Assembly (NCBI GenBank): GCA_964016885.1 | Contig: OZ024740.1 | Coordinates: 437,286,001 to 437,350,000 of the forward strand | Source of the DNA: Eledone cirrhosa | Lineage: Eukaryota | Reading direction: 5' to 3' | Length of the DNA: 64,000 nt | Shown here: piece after piece, positions 60,261 through 64,000 of the stretch | How the letters are laid out: the number at the start of each line of letters is the position of its first letter | Numbering within the stretch: the stretch's first letter is position 1 | Program-made: the position numbers and the translations under genes | Notes under the pieces: generated by a model | What the model saw: only the letters and a program-made list of their open reading frames with translations | The model's database searches: none | Told to the model about the DNA's origin: nothing

Positions 60261-61908
60261 ATAAACCTCTCTACTTAGCTTTTGTCGACTTGGAGAAAGC
60301 CTTCGACAGAGTCCCCCGCTCCATTATCTGGTGGGCTCTTAGAAAACTAGGCGTTGACGAATGGCTTGTAAGGGCTATACAAGCCATGTATAAAGAAACA
60401 GTCAGCAAGGTTAGAATTAACAACGAATATAGTGAAGAGTTTAGCGTAAAAGTTGGCGTCCATCAGGGCTCTGTTCTCAGCCCACTACTATTTATTATTG
60501 CCCTTCAGGCTATAACAGAGGAGTTCAAGACAGGCTGCCCATGGGAACTGCTATACGCAGACGACCTGACACTCATAGCGGAATCAATGGCCGAGCTAGA
60601 GAAGAAATTCCAAACATGGAAGCACGGCCTAGAGTCAAAAGGACTTAAAATTAACCTGGCTAAGACCAAAGTACTAGTTTGTAGGAAAGAAAACAAGGCG
60701 GCGGTCCCTTCTGGGAAATGGTCGTGCTCGGTGTGTAGGAAAGGCGTAGGTAGAAACTCCATTTTATGTCCTAAATGCAAAGTATGGGTGCATAAAAGAT
60801 GTAGTGGGATCACAGGTAAGCTAACTAAGAACATAGATTTTACATGTGGCCGGTGCTCTGGTGCAATAAGTAGCAGCAAGTGCCCACAAACTACTAGCTC
60901 TTTCAATTGCGCAGAGGGTTCTATAGAAATAGTGGACAGCTTCCGTTACCTGGGCGATAAAATCAGCAGTGGGGGAGGGTGCTCTGAAAGTACTGTAGCT
61001 AGAGTCAGAACTGGTTGGAAAAAGTTCAGAGAGCTTATACCACTATTAGCTGCTAAAGGGTTCTCACTAAAAATGAAAGGCAGGTTGTACGATGCCTGCA
61101 TACGAACAGCAATGCTGCACGGCAGTGAGACCTGGGCATTGTGTGCAGAGGATATACGCAGACTAGAGAGGAACGAAGCTTGCATGCTCCGCTGGATGTG
61201 TAACAGTAATATACGTGAACAGCAAAGCATAAACGAACTAAGGAAAAAATTAGAGATAAGAGGGATCAGATGTTGTTTACTCGAGAGAAGGCTACGTTGG
61301 TATGGACACGTGATGCGCATGAAAGTCGATAGCTGTATAACAAAGTGCAGGGCAATAAAGATAGACGGTAGTCACGGAATAGGCAGACCTAGGAAAACCT
61401 GGGACGAGCTGATAAACTCCGACATCACACACTTACACATCTCCAAGACAATGTCACTGGACCGAGACCTTTGGCGGAACTCAGTAACTGAGAAGACCCG
61501 CCTTACCTAAATATATAGTAAAACCTACTCCAGCCAGTAGGCATCTCTAACAAAATACACCCCGTCCCACCACCCCCGCCCCCACCCCATCCACACCACC
61601 CCGTTCTATGTAAAGTTATGTTGGTGCCGCGCCATCGAGGCCGAAACAAATGAGATCGTGTAGGTGTCACGACAAAAAAACACACAGTCCACGCTGTAAT
61701 GTGGCCGTGTAGGCAACACGGTAAAAACCTCCCAGACCCACACTGTAAATGTGGTTGGTGTTAGGAAGGGCATCCAACTGTAGAAAACCTGCCAGACAGT
61801 CCTATGCGAGCAAGACAATCACTCTTGCCCCAAGTGGGACTACCCCCGTCCAAACCCATGCAAGCGTGGAACACGGACGTTAAACGTTGATGATGATGAT
61901 GATGATGA
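60261..61908 (+). mobile_element. RTE-clade LINE, 5'-truncated, RT frame open to 61510
   Basis: [28 protein letters not shown], Cys-rich insertion, [14 protein letters not shown]; ~400-bp 3' UTR and (GAT)n tail. Confidence 0.92.
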
Positions 61909-63666
<1,758 letters not shown>

Positions 63667-64000
63667 CAACGGCACAGACTCCGCTACAGCAATGAAGAGG
63701 TGGACCTTCAGGTCTCTACGAAGGTCCGACTTCCACACCGATCTCAAGCTGTGGCACACCGCCCAGGCCTTGCTCTTCCTCTCAACCACATCATCTTTCG
63801 TATTCCCAATCTTTGCTCCTAAATACAGGAAGCCCTCAACCAATTCCAGCGGCTTCCCGCATACATTAGTGATCCCCTCTGACTTCTCAACATTCTCTAC
63901 CAGATATTTTGTTGTAGTCTCATTCATTCTCAGCCCCACACTCATCGACACAGTCTCAACCTCCCGCATCAAATCCTCTGCCTCCTTCACTGTATTTGTC
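63667..64000 (-). mobile_element. RTE/RTEX-like LINE RT fragment, runs off the window edge
   Basis: [27 protein letters not shown]; broken by the TA array. Confidence 0.75.

Overview
AT-rich, repeat-dense eukaryotic (metazoan) DNA. The SINE/LINE repertoire and huge (TA)n/(TATG)n arrays resemble octopus, but that is inference. Nearly all long ORFs in the track are microsatellite artefacts. Real coding content: a decayed L1/Tx1-type LINE (about 2.7-8.0 kb), a nearly intact 5'-truncated Penelope-like element (PLE; RT plus GIY-YIG, 13.8-17.2 kb, minus strand), two further GIY-YIG fragments, CR1 and RTE LINE fragments, and one host micro-exon (35788-35827) encoding the NuRD-recruiting motif MSRRKQARPRSCK (ZNF423/ZNF521/Oaz-like). 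Helitrons, MITEs and tRNA-SINEs are also present. The main signal is about 28 type I hammerhead-ribozyme (HHR) motifs, found and folded by eye, from over a dozen dissimilar sequence families. Almost all sit in PLE pseudo-LTR-like inserts embedded in (TA)n, often with an inverted arm. They include recurrent non-canonical cores (U3-A8 compensatory swap, U4C, U4A, U10.1-U11.1 closing mismatch), very long stem II insertions, and one tandem HHR pair that could release a 366-nt retrozyme-like RNA. Ribozyme activity is predicted from structure only.
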